64,000 nucleotides of DNA, taken from NCBI GenBank assembly GCA_002269645.1, contig NIVC01001742.1, forward strand, positions 61,740 through 125,739, read 5' to 3'. Below the pieces are notes generated by a model, which was not told the DNA's origin, made no database searches, and saw only the letters and a list, made by a program, of their open reading frames with translations. The first letter of the stretch is position 1; every line of letters starts with the position of its first letter. Shown piece after piece: positions 1 through 12,711 of the stretch. Source of the DNA: Macrostomum lignano. Taxonomy: Eukaryota. The position numbers and the translations under genes were made by a program.

Positions 1-19
1 AGCTTTCTATTATTGGTGT

Positions 20-562
20 CCGATCCGCTCGCTACTCCGCATTCCTTTCCGCTCTCTACTCCGCATTCATTTCCGCTCTCTACTCACTCCGCATTTATTT
101 CCGCTCTCTACTCCGAATTTGCTTCCGCTCTCTACTCCGCATTCCTTTCCGCTCTCTACTCCGCATTTATTTCCGCTCTCTACTCCGAATTTGCTTCCGC
201 TCCCTACTCCGCATTTATTTCCGCTCTCTACTCCTCATTTCTTCCGCTCTCTACTCCGAATTTGCTTCCGCTCTCTACTCCGCATTCCTTTCCGCTCTCT
301 ACCCCTCATATCTTTCCGCTCTCTACCCCTCATATCTTTCCGCTCTCTACCCCTTATTTCTTTCCACTCTCTACTCCGCATTCCTTTCCGCTCTCTACTC
401 CGCATTCTTTTCCGCTCTCTACCCCCCATATCTTTCCGCTCTCTACTCCTCATTTCTTCCGCTCTCTACTCCTCATTTCTTCCGCTCTCTACTCCACATT
501 CCTTTCCGCTCTCTACCCCTCATATCTTTCCACTCTCTACTCCGTATTTTCTTCCGCCAAGT
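20..562. repeat. 24-bp minisatellite (ccgctctctactccgcattcattt-like), about 22 diverged copies
   Basis: Unit recurs with period 24 (e.g. 49 then 73); produces the PLSTPHSF-type ORFs. Confidence 0.9.
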
Positions 563-1447
563 GAACTGCGAGAAGAATTCGAACCCATGCCAAAGGAGGG
601 CATGTTTGGTGGGCCGCGGCCTTGTTAGAAAATCCCTCTAGGTCTGCTCCCCCAAGAGAGGAGAAAAGGTACTTCAATCCCAATTTCGTTGCCAAGTGTT
701 GGCCCGTTAGCTACTGAAGAACTTGAAGGGAAATCGCTTGGCTGAACTGTCTGTTCAAGGAGGCGGCACTAATGCCTCCTCGTGCGCTCTTGGCGTTAGA
801 AAAAGTTCGAGTGCCGGGGTTGGCGGCAGGGTAAAAACACAGATGCAGAACCCAGACTCTGCACCTGGCAACTCGGATTTTGAAAATAAAATTACGGTTC
901 CTGACCCGTGAAGAGAAATGCGGGAAACAGTTTAACAAAGTTTTCATCCTTCTCTGTGTGAAGGCGGCACTTGCAAGAACCGCAACGGGATATCGTAACG
1001 GACTCTATAATGAGCTGCTCCGGGCCCCCTCGATCCCCAAAGCCCCATTCGCCATGGACCACCGGGCTCGCGTCCAAAAGCAATTTTTTCCTATACTGTG
1101 CAATGCTGTGCAGTGGACAGCCGCACTGCTTGGCGGAGGGTATGAAGGAGGACATGGCTGGCAAATGCACCGCGACTGCGCATGATGAAGATGGGGAGAG
1201 GCTGCAGCTGAGACCCCGGCCTGCCTTCCTCTCACTCTCTGGAAGAAATTATATTTCGGCATGGATGCACTGCGCCTGTAGCCTTATTTACTGAGGCGTG
1301 CCACGGGCCTCGGCTCTGCGACTGCCAAGCTGCACCGACTTCGGCGTGTCGCTGGGAACCCCTCACTGCCCGGCTGCTCTGCTGCTAGCCGGAACCTCGA
1401 ATCAGCTCTGCTCGCACTGCTCCTGTCTTATCCTGTCAGTCTCGCCA

Positions 1448-1635
1448 CTCACTCACTCACTCACTCACTCACTCACTCACTCACTCACTCACTCACTCAC
1501 TCACTCACTCACTCACTCACTCACTCACTCACTCACTCACTCACTCACTCACTCACTCACTCACTCACTCACTCACTCACTCACTCACTCACTCACTCAC
1601 TCACTCACTCACTCACTCACTCACTCACTCACTCA
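1448..1635. repeat. (ACTC)n microsatellite
   Basis: Pure tetranucleotide run. Confidence 0.97.
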
Positions 1636-2589
1636 TACACGTCTGTGACGGACTGGGTCGAGTCAAGTTAGCTACAGGGTTTACATCGAGTTGTAAAAAA
1701 AGCATTGGTTTTTTGTTTGAAATGCTCAGATATATAAGGCAGATATGCTTGCGCAAAAATTTAAACTGGAGAAGTCTCCAAAAACAAAATAATGAGCACC
1801 AAATTTATCTAGGTCTCGACCTAATCTACCTGTCTTGATCCCACCTATTGCTCGAGGTCCGTTTGTTACAGGCATTAGATCGAGTTTTTTTGTTCAGCTA
1901 ATAAAACTAGATTGTGGATTTCGTAGAGAAAGTGAAATAACATTAAAAAAAACAGGATTGTGATCTAATAGAACTAAAATAACATTATTGGATTATGGCA
2001 AACACAAAAATTAATATTATAGACTTGAACAAAAGGTTTTTTATTTTAACAGGCCTTAATTATTGTATAAATAAGAGCGTTATTAGTGTTAATAATGAAC
2101 GGACAGTTATTAACTGCGAAACGTAACTTTGTACATAGAATTTGCTCAGAAGTTTATCAACTTCCCTAATGGAAGCAGATACGCTCGAGGTAACCGCCTC
2201 AAGTGAATCCGGTAGCCAATGTCTCAAGGAAGCGTTAATTTGAAACTGAGTCATTTTGTCCCTCGTAGAAATTGCGCGTACCAAATAGAAAGCCGGACGA
2301 AGCCCCTTGAAGCTCGTAAGTCAAGGCAGTATTGACGTCTCACCACGGCAGTCCCAGTTCATAACAGCCCTCGATTTTCGCTACTCATTATTTCGTCATC
2401 GTTCATTCGTTGGACGGCCGTCAGAAAATCTGCTGGAACCTTCTCCAGAAATAAAGCTGCTGGAATTTCATATTTTCCGTCCGCCAAAAATGGCCCCATC
2501 CTTTTCATCTCATTCTGGTTAATCGTTTGAAATGCGCATTTATTTCAATACTTGTGAAGCTCAGGACAACAAAAAAATTGAATTAGCAG

Positions 2590-3060
2590 AGAGCACCCGC
2601 TGCAGTCGCAGGGATGGGAACATTGGCTGCATTGGCCGGGACGGGAACATCAGATGCAGTGGCCGAGACGGAGACATTCACCACAGTCGCCGCGCTGATC
2701 TCCGGACTCTGGGCATTTTTCTTCTTCCTTTAATTTTTTTGGCCTGAAATTTTTGTATTAAAAACAGTCAGCGCCATCTAAAAAGAAATATTATCTGCTC
2801 AACACTTCTCCTGATGAAAGCAATCCAATTGAAACTTAGACACTCGAATAACATCGAGCTAGTCCTGGATTTAATGCTGAACAACCTCGATCGGATGCAC
2901 TCAGCACATGCCTGGCTGCCGGACAACATCGAGGCTGCTGATTTCATACACGCACACACACACAAACCTCGACCTATTCCGGGATTTATGCTGAATAACC
3001 GCAAAGAAATACACTCGACACATGCCTGGCTGCCGGACAACATCGAGGCTGCTGATTTCA

Positions 3061-3097
<37 letters not shown>

Positions 3098-4960
3098 CTC
3101 GACCTATTCCGGGATTTATGCTGAATAACCGCAAAGAAATACACACGACACATGCCTGGCTGCCGGACAACATCGAGGCTGCAGATTTCAGACACGCACA
3201 CACAAACCTCGACCTATTCCGGGACTTATGCTGAATCAAGGCTAAGAGATGCACTCGACACATGCCTGGCTGCCGGACAACGTTGAGGCTGCAGATTTCA
3301 GACACACACACACACACACACAAACCTCGACCTATTCTGGGATTTATGCTTAATAATCGCAAAGAAATACACGCGACACATGTCTGGCTGCCGGACAACA
3401 TCGAGGCTGCAGATTTCAGATACGCACACACACAAACCTCGACCTATTCCAGGACTTATGCTGAATAAACGCAAAGAGATGCACTCGACACATGCCTGGC
3501 TGCCGGACAACTTCGATGCTGCAGATTTCACACACATTATTTTATTTCCGTTGATATATGCTTTGATAAATTTCTTAAAAGTACATTGCCACGTTAAGCT
3601 AAAAAAGCACAAGAGCAAAGCTCAAAAAAAGAAGACTTTACTCAATTGATGCTCCTGATTTGTCGTACTAATCGTCTGGCCTGATTTGGATGACGTAGAG
3701 GCTGTGGAACGTTTGAACTAAGTCGCAGTTGCGGAGAAGAGGAATACTGGCTGCAGTGGCCGAGACGGTAAGATACGCTGCAGTCGCCAGGGAAGAAAAA
3801 TTTCCTGAAATTGCCGAGCCAGAAGCATCGTCTACAGTCGCGTGTAGGAACACCCAGTGCAGTCTCCGAGACGGGAACATCAGATGCCGTGGCCGAAACG
3901 GAGATATTCAAAACAGTCGCCGTGCCGATACCCGGAGTTTAGGCCTTTATTTTTTTCTTCGTCGTACTTTTGTCGGCCTGAAATATGTGATTTCGTGGTA
4001 ATCACAGTCAGCGCCAAGTAAATAGACATATTATCTACGAGTACTCAACACTTCTACTCGTTTTAATGAAAGCAATCCAATTGAAATTTAGACACTCTAA
4101 CATCGAGCTAGTCCTGGATTTAATGTTGAACAACGTCGATCAGATGCACTCAGCACATGATTGGCTGCCGGACAACATCGAGGCTGCAGATTTCAGACAC
4201 GCACACACAAACCTCAACCTATTCCGGGACTTATTCTGAATCAAGGCTAAGAGATGCACTCGACACATGCCTGGCTGCCGGACAACTTCGAGGCTGAAGA
4301 TTTCACGCACACTCATTTTATTCTTTTGGTCTGCGTTGATAAATTTCTTAAAAGTACATTGCTACGTTAAGCTAAAAAAGCACAAGAGCAAGGATCAAAA
4401 AAGAAAAGACTTTACTCACTTGATGCTCCTGAATTGTCGTACTAATCGTCTGGCCTGACATAGAGGACGACGTACACTCGTAGAGGCTGTGGGACGTTTG
4501 AAATGAGTTGCAGTCGCAGAAAAGGAATATTGGCTGCAGTGGCCGAGATGGGAACGTCATATGCAATCGCCGCGCTGATCTGTGGACTCTGGGCTTTTTT
4601 CTTCTTCCTCTAATTTTTTTCGGCCTGAAATATGTGATTTCGGTATTACAAACAGTCAGCGCCAAGTAAATACGAGCGTAGACATTATCTTCTCAACACT
4701 TCTCCTGATGAAAGCAATCCAATCGAAATTTAGACACTCTAACTAACATCGAGCTAGTCCTGGATTTAATGCTAAACAACCTCGATCAGATGCACTCAGC
4801 ACATGCCTGGCTGCCGGACAACATCGAGGCTGCAGATTTCAGACACGCACACACACACAAACCTCGACCTATTCCGGGACTTATGCTTAATAATCGCAAA
4901 GAAATACACGCGACACATGTCTGGCTGCCGGACAACATCGAGGCTGCAGATTTTACACAC
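2590..4960. repeat. Higher-order tandem repeat: three ~0.7-1.2-kb units containing a variable number of ~90-120-bp subunits with (CA)n
   Basis: Blocks recur in order at ~2590/3720/4500, ~2800/4050/4700 and ~3540/4315. The subunit catgcctggctgccggacaacatcgaggctgcagatttca occurs about 10 times. Confidence 0.85.
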
Positions 4961-5121
4961 ACACGCCTCGATTCTATCAGGATTTTTGCGGCAAAGTCAA
5001 CAGATTCTTAACGCTTTCTAGGCCTTTACTAAGTTAAGGGTGCCCTTAATTCCTCTGTACATGAGGCACATGGATTTGTTGTTTTAACGGAAATTTGACT
5101 CTTTCGAAAGTGAGTTCTTAC

Positions 5122-5275
5122 CAGGGGCGTAGCCAAGGGGGGGGGACACTGGGGACATGTCCCCCCTTAAAGGGGCGAAAATCTTTTATTGCCTTTGTAT
5201 TTTGCTTCCATCGCTAACATTGGAGACGGATTTAGGGCTCTGTCCCCCCTGACGTGAATCCTGGCTACGCGCCTG
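5122..5275. mobile_element. hAT-type MITE
   Basis: TIRs caggggcgtagcca / tggctacgcgcctg; 8-bp flanks gttcttac and attcttac (7/8). Confidence 0.75.
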
Positions 5276-6723
5276 ATTCTTACCTGATTTGTTTCACGAT
5301 ACGGTTTGGTCGTATGATTCGTCGTAGACCTACTGCACCTTGGAGGCAATTTATGCAGCAATTTTCGTGCACGTTTCGCTTGCAGCTCCCTTGTTTCTTA
5401 GTATCTATAATTTTAGGTGACAGATGTTCATTTTCAAAATATTATAAGGAATGGCAAAATGCCAAAAAATTTTCCAGAAATTTTATTATCAAAGGAACTT
5501 ACCGTCTGAAGCCTTCCCAATGCACAGAATAGTCAGACTCATACGCAGAGCAATTGATCCTGCACTTATGGCATTTCACAATGCCCAATGTATTGTGCCA
5601 CTTTTGGCGTGGAGTTGTATTTCTGTTTTTGTTTTGTTTTTTGGAGGGCATTCTAAGGCTGTCTGTGACTCTGTATGTAATTCTAAAGAATTCATGTAGC
5701 AACAATCGTAACAGTGCTTTACGTCGTAACTGCCTTGCCTTTGGCCCTGCTTTCAATGCGGACCTTCTAAAATCTTACACCGACTTAATGCGAGCGCATA
5801 TATCGAGGCTCAGGGGTATCAGGGTATAAAGCTGTTCATGTACACTCACACTCACACTCTGGCCTCCGCGATGCTATTGGCTGGCGCAGGTGAGGCATAG
5901 CAAATGGAAAGAAAGGGAGGGAAAGAGTTTCACTCTATTTTTAGCTCGAGGCAAGCCTGGTTTGTTTACTTAGCTTTGGTTGAGGGCAGCAGTAATAGGA
6001 CTGGATTAGCTGCAGCCTGTAAGATAAATTATAAGGTTTAGCTAAATGACCTGTCTTTAGCTTTATTTCGTCAAATGCATAATTGCATGATTGATTACGC
6101 TCGGAGTCATCCAATCTTCCCTTTTGTGCTATTTATGATTTGCATCTACAGACTCCAAAGCACAGTTAGTGCCAAGTTGCTATAAATTATAGATTAGACA
6201 CAAACGCTAGCAGTCATTCGACAAGAAATACTTAGACTAAAAAAACTGACTATCGAGTACTTTTGTCACTAAAATCAGTTTCATGCTGGAAACTTGGTGC
6301 AATTTCTATTTGGTGTCAGTGTCGAGGCATAGAAATGACCCAGCAAGTACATCATGGCATCTAAGTTACATTAGAGCTAGAAATTAGCTGCATTTCACAT
6401 ACTCAAATATGCAAAGCAGGATACATTCGATACTCAAAGTGAGTATGTTTTCCAGGAAATAGCTGTAGGATTAGCTCGATGGGTAAAAAACTCGACCTAA
6501 TCTACGGTGCTGTGTATTCTGTCCAGGAAACTTTTGGGATGTCCTGACCCTTCAAGGGCTACTTAAAAGTAGCCACTAAGGCATAAAAAGCTTTATTTTG
6601 AAAAATCATCTCAACAGGAGAGCGGGAAAATTAGCCTCGATCTAATACCTCGATTTTAAAATAACCTCGAACAAGCCGTGACTTCCAACTTGCAGAGTAT
6701 CGACCTAATCCGGCACAGATAAA

Positions 6724-6862
6724 CACACTCACTCACTCGCTACTCACTCACTCACTCACTCACTTACTCGCTACTCACTCGCTACTCACTCACTCACTCA
6801 CTCACTTACTCGCTACTCACTCGCTACTCACTCACTCACTCACTCACTCACTAGCTAACTCA
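6724..6862. repeat. Interrupted (ACTC)n microsatellite
   Basis: ACTC run with gct interruptions. Confidence 0.9.
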
Positions 6863-7311
6863 CTTCAGTGTTTTGCAATTTTCTCTTTCACAAATTTTTT
6901 CCACTCCAAGCCGCACTTTCAATCTGGCCCTGTTGAGACGAGCATCGAGATCGCAGTTAATCTGGGGTGCAGCACCCCAGAGCAGGCCAATCAACCCTGT
7001 CGATTATCTATCTTGAATCAATCGCTCGCATTTTGGTGAATTTGCTCCACTCTGACTCGCTGTACAACCAACAACTTGCTTTGCGGCTGTCTCACTCCAT
7101 ATCTCTCTCCCCCGCCCACTCTGTCAGCCAGTAATATCATCAGCCACACACTTCTCCAGCGAGCAGCCGATGAAAATACGATAATGACCCGATTGAATGT
7201 AAGCGAACACATGCAGCTCCTAATAGGGCGAGTGTCTCAAGTGCCATGGCACTATTGATTCCACTGGGCCAGGGACCTCCGCGTGCCCGGATTGGAATGG
7301 GGCGTAGCTAA

Positions 7312-7375
7312 AGTTTTTGGGCGCCAGCACCGGGGGCGCCAGCACCGGGGGCGCCAGCACCGGGGGCGCCAGCAT
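7312..7375. repeat. 15-bp GC-rich tandem repeat (ggcgccagcaccggg), about 4 copies
   Basis: Direct inspection. Confidence 0.85.
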
Positions 7376-7420
7376 TTGAAATCAATAAGAAACAATCCTA
7401 CTCGCAGATGCGCAGTCCAG

Positions 7421-7450
7421 GTTATAAAAAAGGGTCCCTGACCAGTTCGT
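7421..7450 (+). promoter_or_regulatory. Possible TATA-box core promoter
   Basis: gttataaaaagg followed about 20 nt later by ccagtt (Inr-like); no downstream gene identified. Confidence 0.25.
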
Positions 7451-7934
7451 GCTCCAAGCGACAGACAGCAACAACAACGGCACTTTATTAGCAACCGAAG
7501 GTGAATTGAATTGATTGATCGATCGCTTTTTTTCAGTGGCGCCGGAGCCGCCACAAATGAAGAGAGGCTGAAGCAGGGGGAGATGCGGGCAGAGGAGATA
7601 CAGAGCCGGGGGCAAGACAGCCAGAGCTCTATAGAAAGTGCAGAGCTGATTGAAAGCAGAAAGAAAGCAACAGCAATTGGGGCGGCCTTCAAGAAGTTTA
7701 GCTCATACGCTCATAGTTTTCATCTGTCCACCGAGTTTGGACTTTTTATTGGCAATTTTTTCCGCGCAGTTCATTAGCAGGACCCCAGCTGCCTGGTCTC
7801 GGGAAGGTTATTAAGTTTATTAACTGCTCCGCATGGATACCGCTGTATTGATCTGGCAGGGAAGGAATGTCCGACATTCGCCAAGTAGCGAACTGGCACT
7901 TTACTGACCTTCGCTCATTTGAGTTGAAAATCTG

Positions 7935-8305
7935 TCTGACATCCCACTGAGACTCTACTGACATCCCACCGAGACTCTACTGACATCCCACTGAGACTCT
8001 ACTGACATCCCACCGAGACTCTACTGACATCCCACTGAGACTCTACTGACATCCCACCGAGACTCTACTGACATCCCACTGAGACTCTACTGACATCCCA
8101 CTGAGACTCTACTGACATCCCACTGAGACTCTACTGACATCCCACTGAGACTCTACTGACATTCCACTGAGACTCTACTGACATCCCACTGAGACTCTAC
8201 TGACATCTCAATGAGACTCTACTGACATCCCCCGGAGACTCTACTGACATCTCCCGGAGACTCTACTGACATCCCACAGAGACTCTACTGACATCCCACA
8301 GAGAC
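7935..8305. repeat. 22-bp minisatellite (ctgacatcccactgagactcta)
   Basis: Period 22, about 16 copies. Confidence 0.93.
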
Positions 8306-8309
8306 ATTT

Positions 8310-8530
8310 AGGTAATTAGTTGGTCATTTTGGTAATCAGTTGGTCATTTTGGTAATCAGTTGGTCATTTCAGTGCTCAATCGGTCATTTTGGTACTCAGT
8401 TGGTCATTTTGGTACTCAGTTGGTCATTCTGGTACTCAGTTGGTCATTTTGGTAATCAGTTGGTCATTTTGGTAATCAGTTGGTCATTTTGGTAATCAGT
8501 TGGTCATTTTGGTAATCAGTTGGTCATTTT
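8310..8530. repeat. 20-bp minisatellite (ttggtcattttggtaatcag)
   Basis: Period 20, about 11 copies, abutting the previous array. Confidence 0.92.
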
Positions 8531-8954
8531 TTTAATCAATAATTTGTTCTGGAGCCCTTACGATCATTTGATTCGATGGACTGTTTCAGCCATGCTTCGC
8601 CTAACAGCACACTAACTACGGGAACACGATTAGGGAATCGTGGCAGTATCTCGCCCCCACCCCATCCCCAATGTTGATTCTCGATTGAGTGGTAATCGGA
8701 TTACAGACACTGTTAAATGCTAGTCGGTCATGAGTCCGTGCTCACAGAGAACTAACCTGGAATTATTCCTTGTAAAAAGAGGCTTATTTTAGTTGGGAAT
8801 TTTTTCTTCTAATTCCCTGAATAGGCAATGCTAACTTTGCTTTCGTGATTCAGCCTTGTTATTCAAGGTTAGAGTTTTTACATGCCTTATTTACAAGGCT
8901 CATGTAGCCACCGATTTGTACTTTGGTATTATAATATTAATTCGCCTTCGGTTC

Positions 8955-9565
8955 CACACACTTCAGCTACGGACACCCTACACACTTCAGCTACGGACAC
9001 CCCACACACTTCAGCTACGGACACCCACACACTTCAGCTACGGACACCCACACACTTCAGCCATGGACACCCCACACACTTCAGCTACGGACACCCCACA
9101 CACTTCAGCTATGGACACCCCACACACTTCAGCTATGGACACCCCACACACTTCAGCTATGGACACCCACACACTTCAGCTATGGACACCCCACACACTT
9201 CAGCTATGGACACCCCACACACTTCAGCTATGGACACCCACACACTTCAGCTACGGAGACCCACACCTCATCAACGGACACCCCACACACTTCAGCTACG
9301 GACACCCCACACACTTCAGCTATGGACACCCACACACTTCAGCTACGGAGACCCACACCTCATCTACGGACACCCCACACACTTCAGTCACGGACACCCC
9401 AAACACTTCAGCCACGGACACCCCACAGACTTCAGCTACGGAGACCCACACCTCATCTACGGACACCCCACACCTCATCTACGGACATCCCACACCTCAT
9501 CTACGGACACCCACACCTCATCTACAGACACCCCACACTTCAGCTATACGGACACCCCACATACC
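8955..9565. repeat. 23/24-bp minisatellite (acacttcagctacggacacccc)
   Basis: Tandem copies; source of ORFs 8856-9698 and 8882-9685. Confidence 0.92.
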
Positions 9566-10440
9566 TCATCCGCCTCAGTCCAATCAATTTCTTCAAGTCC
9601 TCATCTTACCCAGCATCGGCAGGCCTTGCCCTCACGCACCCGATGCAATCTCCTCAGCCTCCAAAAGTACACAACTCCAACTTAAAGTTAATAGTTGAAT
9701 AACCATAACTTTTTTAGAAATGACCGCCGCAATTTCCTCCAATCATCCCCTCAGCTCTAGTAAAATAAACACAAACTGCATTACGCGTAGACGCTTCCCA
9801 GGGCAACATCCGTCCGTCCATCAACTCAGCGTGCGAATAAATCAGATTCCACTCCCAAACTCTAAGGCTAGTAAATAAGGACGGCCTTCCCAGCCCCATT
9901 TAAATAGCAAAAGCAGTTAACAAGCAGAAACTTCAGAGAGCAGATCTCTGAGAGGTGGATTGGTCATTGATTGACAGGTTTATCATTCTATCCATCCATC
10001 TTTCTATTCAGGCAAGAAAACAGGGAGTCCCAGCGGGTATCGTGGCAGATTCCAATCACTGCTCAGACAGGCAGTGGCAGCGCTCAGACACTTCCTGCTG
10101 GATTATCGCCCAGCTGGTTAAGCTCTCGTACTTCTTTCTCAAGGCTTCTCCCCGCCTCTTGCATTTTTCTAACCATAAGACAAGCCTGAATCCCGACCTA
10201 GAAAAAAAGCAGCCTAATCCACGAGGAAGTTCCAATCCAATAGCAATTTTTCTTTTTCATGAAGTAAAAAGAATCTAGAAAATAAAACTAAAATAGCTTA
10301 GCTTAACAAGGAAGCGTTGGAATTAGCAGCCTGTATTTAGAGAGTGCATAAAGTTGCACAGCTATTGCCTTTTTTCTAAGAATCCGCTTTGACTAAATTT
10401 TAGAAAAAACTTACACTTTACTGCGCTTAGTGATTAAACT

Positions 10441-10795
10441 CTGCGCTTGTTCACACACCTTGGCGCTTGTTCACACACCTTGGCGCTTGTTCACACACCT
10501 TGGCGCTTGTTCACACACCTTGCCGCTTGTTCACACACCTTGCCGCTTGTTCACACACCTTGCTGCTTGTTCACACACCTTGCCGCTTGTTCACACACCT
10601 TGGCGCTTGTTCACACACCGTGGCACTTGTTCACACCTTGGCTCTTGTCCACACAACTTGGCGCTTGTTCACACACCTTGGCGCTTGTTCACACCTTGGT
10701 GCTTGTTCACACACCTTGGCGCTTGTTCACACACCTTGGTGCATGTTCACACCTTGGTGCGTGTTCACACCTTGGTGCGTGTTCACCCCTTGGTG
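10441..10795. repeat. 20/18-bp minisatellite (cttgttcacacaccttggcg)
   Basis: Tandem copies. Confidence 0.92.
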
Positions 10796-11448
10796 CTAAA
10801 ACTCGACTCATTTATACCTCCGAAAAAGAAGAATCCGAAAAAATCCGGCTATTGGACGAGTTGCATCTTTCAAAATGACTGTTTCCCTCCTCCACGCTTC
10901 GATGCGCTACCAGACAGCGCGCCCCAACTTATTATTTCCCCTGAATCCCACCTGAAAAAATCTTTTCCTTCAAGTCAACATCCGCTTTGACAGCTGCCTC
11001 CCTCCCAGCCTCAACCATGGAGACTCTTGAAGGAGCAACTGGAGTGTGTCCCGGTTTCTCCCCAGAATCATCATCATATTTTCTTACTAGAGCTTTCTTA
11101 CTCTTCTGTCTTATTTCAAGACTGAATGAGCAGGGAATTCTGGTCAAGGATCAACTACAATCGACCTCCTGACGATTTAAAATTCAACGCCGTTGTACAC
11201 CCTGTGTGATCGTGTGTGTGAGTGCGGGAGTGGGGAGTTTTGGGAAGTTTTCACTCCGATCCAGATTTTGGCTTAGTCCTCCTTGGCTCGAAGTGGCTCT
11301 GGCCTCCTCTCTCCCTCCAGTCACCCGCTGACAGGTTTATTACCATTCATGTCACCGGCTTCTCAATATAGCTCCATATTCCAATTTTTGGCATGTCCCC
11401 ATGCGAAGGACGGCCGACCTAGGAGCAGTGAATAGAGGGAATTGATGA

Positions 11449-12411
11449 GCATTATCATATAGACTATCGTTTTTTAATGCATTTTTTAATGAAGCTGTTA
11501 AGTCACGATAAATTGCCATTGATTATGAGCGAGAAATTCACTGTTTTTTATTAATTTAAGCAACAAGAACTTTAACAGGAAACAGATCGAGGATATAGCA
11601 AAGCAAACGAATACCAAAGTATTTAATTTTCGACAGTTAAGACTTATAAGTACGAGCTATATATTCTTTGTTAGAAGTTGAACGTGCACCCATCGAAGAG
11701 GCAGTTGGCAAACATCGGCTGTTGCACACTTCGCATGTCAACTTGAGCTTGCTGCTTAAGTAAAAGAACCTTAAAAATTCGGCCAAGCGACTGTCACTGA
11801 TCACGCTCACATCCACAGCACCATGCTTCTTTAAAAACTCCACGAACATTTTGCCATACAGAAACATTTGTTCTCGTGTAGTGCTCGGCAGTGATTCCAG
11901 TTCGACAACATCCATCGCACTGGGTAAATCAGATGGTTCTGGAAGCTCGACACTAGAAACCGCAGCGGCCTCATCAGCCGTCTCGATTTTAGACAGGTAG
12001 TCGATAAAATCTCCAAGAATTTCATCGGAACTGTGGTTCACGGCGCTCAGTTCACTCAGAAAATCTAGTTCAGTAGACGAGACGCCATCTAAACTGTCGA
12101 CCGGTAGGTTTTTCCAGTTGATAAGAGGCATTTTTAATTCGATTTCTCTCGCTTCTTGCTTCTAGTTCTTAACTTCCTAACAGACTTCATGGTCGAGCTT
12201 TTCTTTTAGAGAACTGTATTCTAAAACATTGTCTATGGTCCGATTAGAGGGGGCTCTGCCCCCACAGCCCCGCAAGGAAGCTGCGCTCCCTTGACCCTGC
12301 TCACTGCCGAGCCAATATCTATGGCACGAAGACACTGCAGCGTTACTTAATGGCGTGGCTTAATGGCGTTACATAATGATCAACCGAAAACGCTAGTCTA
12401 TATGATAATGC
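11449..12411 (-). mobile_element. Crypton-like (tyrosine recombinase) element remnant with inverted termini
   Basis: gcattatcatatagacta (11449-11466) is the exact reverse complement of tagtctatatgataatgc (12394-12411); encloses ORF 11637-12131. Confidence 0.5.
11637..12131 (-). pseudogene. Truncated Crypton/DUF3504-type tyrosine recombinase, N-terminal core-binding part only
   Basis: LPSTTREQ...KMFVEFLKKHG...SRLAEFLRFFY matches the T..T...F..FL...G...L..FL..FY pattern of Crypton/ZMYM/KCTD1-type YR N-domains; no catalytic R-H-R-Y domain follows. Confidence 0.55.
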
Positions 12412-12417
12412 GACTAT

Positions 12418-12509
12418 GTCTATGGTTTCAGAATTAAATAATGATCAGCAGTCACTCGTGGCTTTGCCACTCGTGACTGTGATCATTATCCAAGTCTGAA
12501 ACCATAGAC
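12418..12509. repeat. ~92-bp imperfect palindrome (cruciform-capable), Crypton-end-like
   Basis: Arms gtctatggtttcaga / tctgaaaccatagac are perfect over 15 bp; inner gtcactcgtggc-ttt-gccactcgtgac. Confidence 0.8.
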
Positions 12510-12711
12510 TTAATCTACCATTAATATATGCTAGAATTACTGTATTCTTTATTTTCTTGAAGCTGTCAGGTGCAGCGTGAATCAAGCGACGCACTAACAA
12601 AAGTGCAAACAGATGAGGTGAAGTTTCAGAACAGTTTTATCTCACAACTTTTATCTTAAGCTACCGGTGTGACTCACCGTCTCACTGTCTCATTCTATCT
12701 CCCTGCTTGTA

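Larger units (their letters stand above)
1642..6719. mobile_element. Putative ~5.1-kb non-autonomous or decayed TIR element inserted in an (ACTC)n tract
   Basis: Left end tctgtgacggactgggtcga matches the reverse complement of the right end (tctgtgccggattaggtcga) at 17/20. ctcgacctaatcta recurs at ~1816 and ~6491. The same-strand ACTC tract lies on both sides. No clear TSD. Confidence 0.45.

Noticed and set aside
2811-2840. CTGATGA...GAAA hammerhead-like motif (also at ~4705)
   Set aside because: Stem II has at most 2 bp, and no stem III or NUH cleavage triplet follows.
9570-11170. Possible minus-strand exons or LINE ORF1-like coiled-coil fragments
   Set aside because: Short, interrupted by stops and not joinable into a coherent model.
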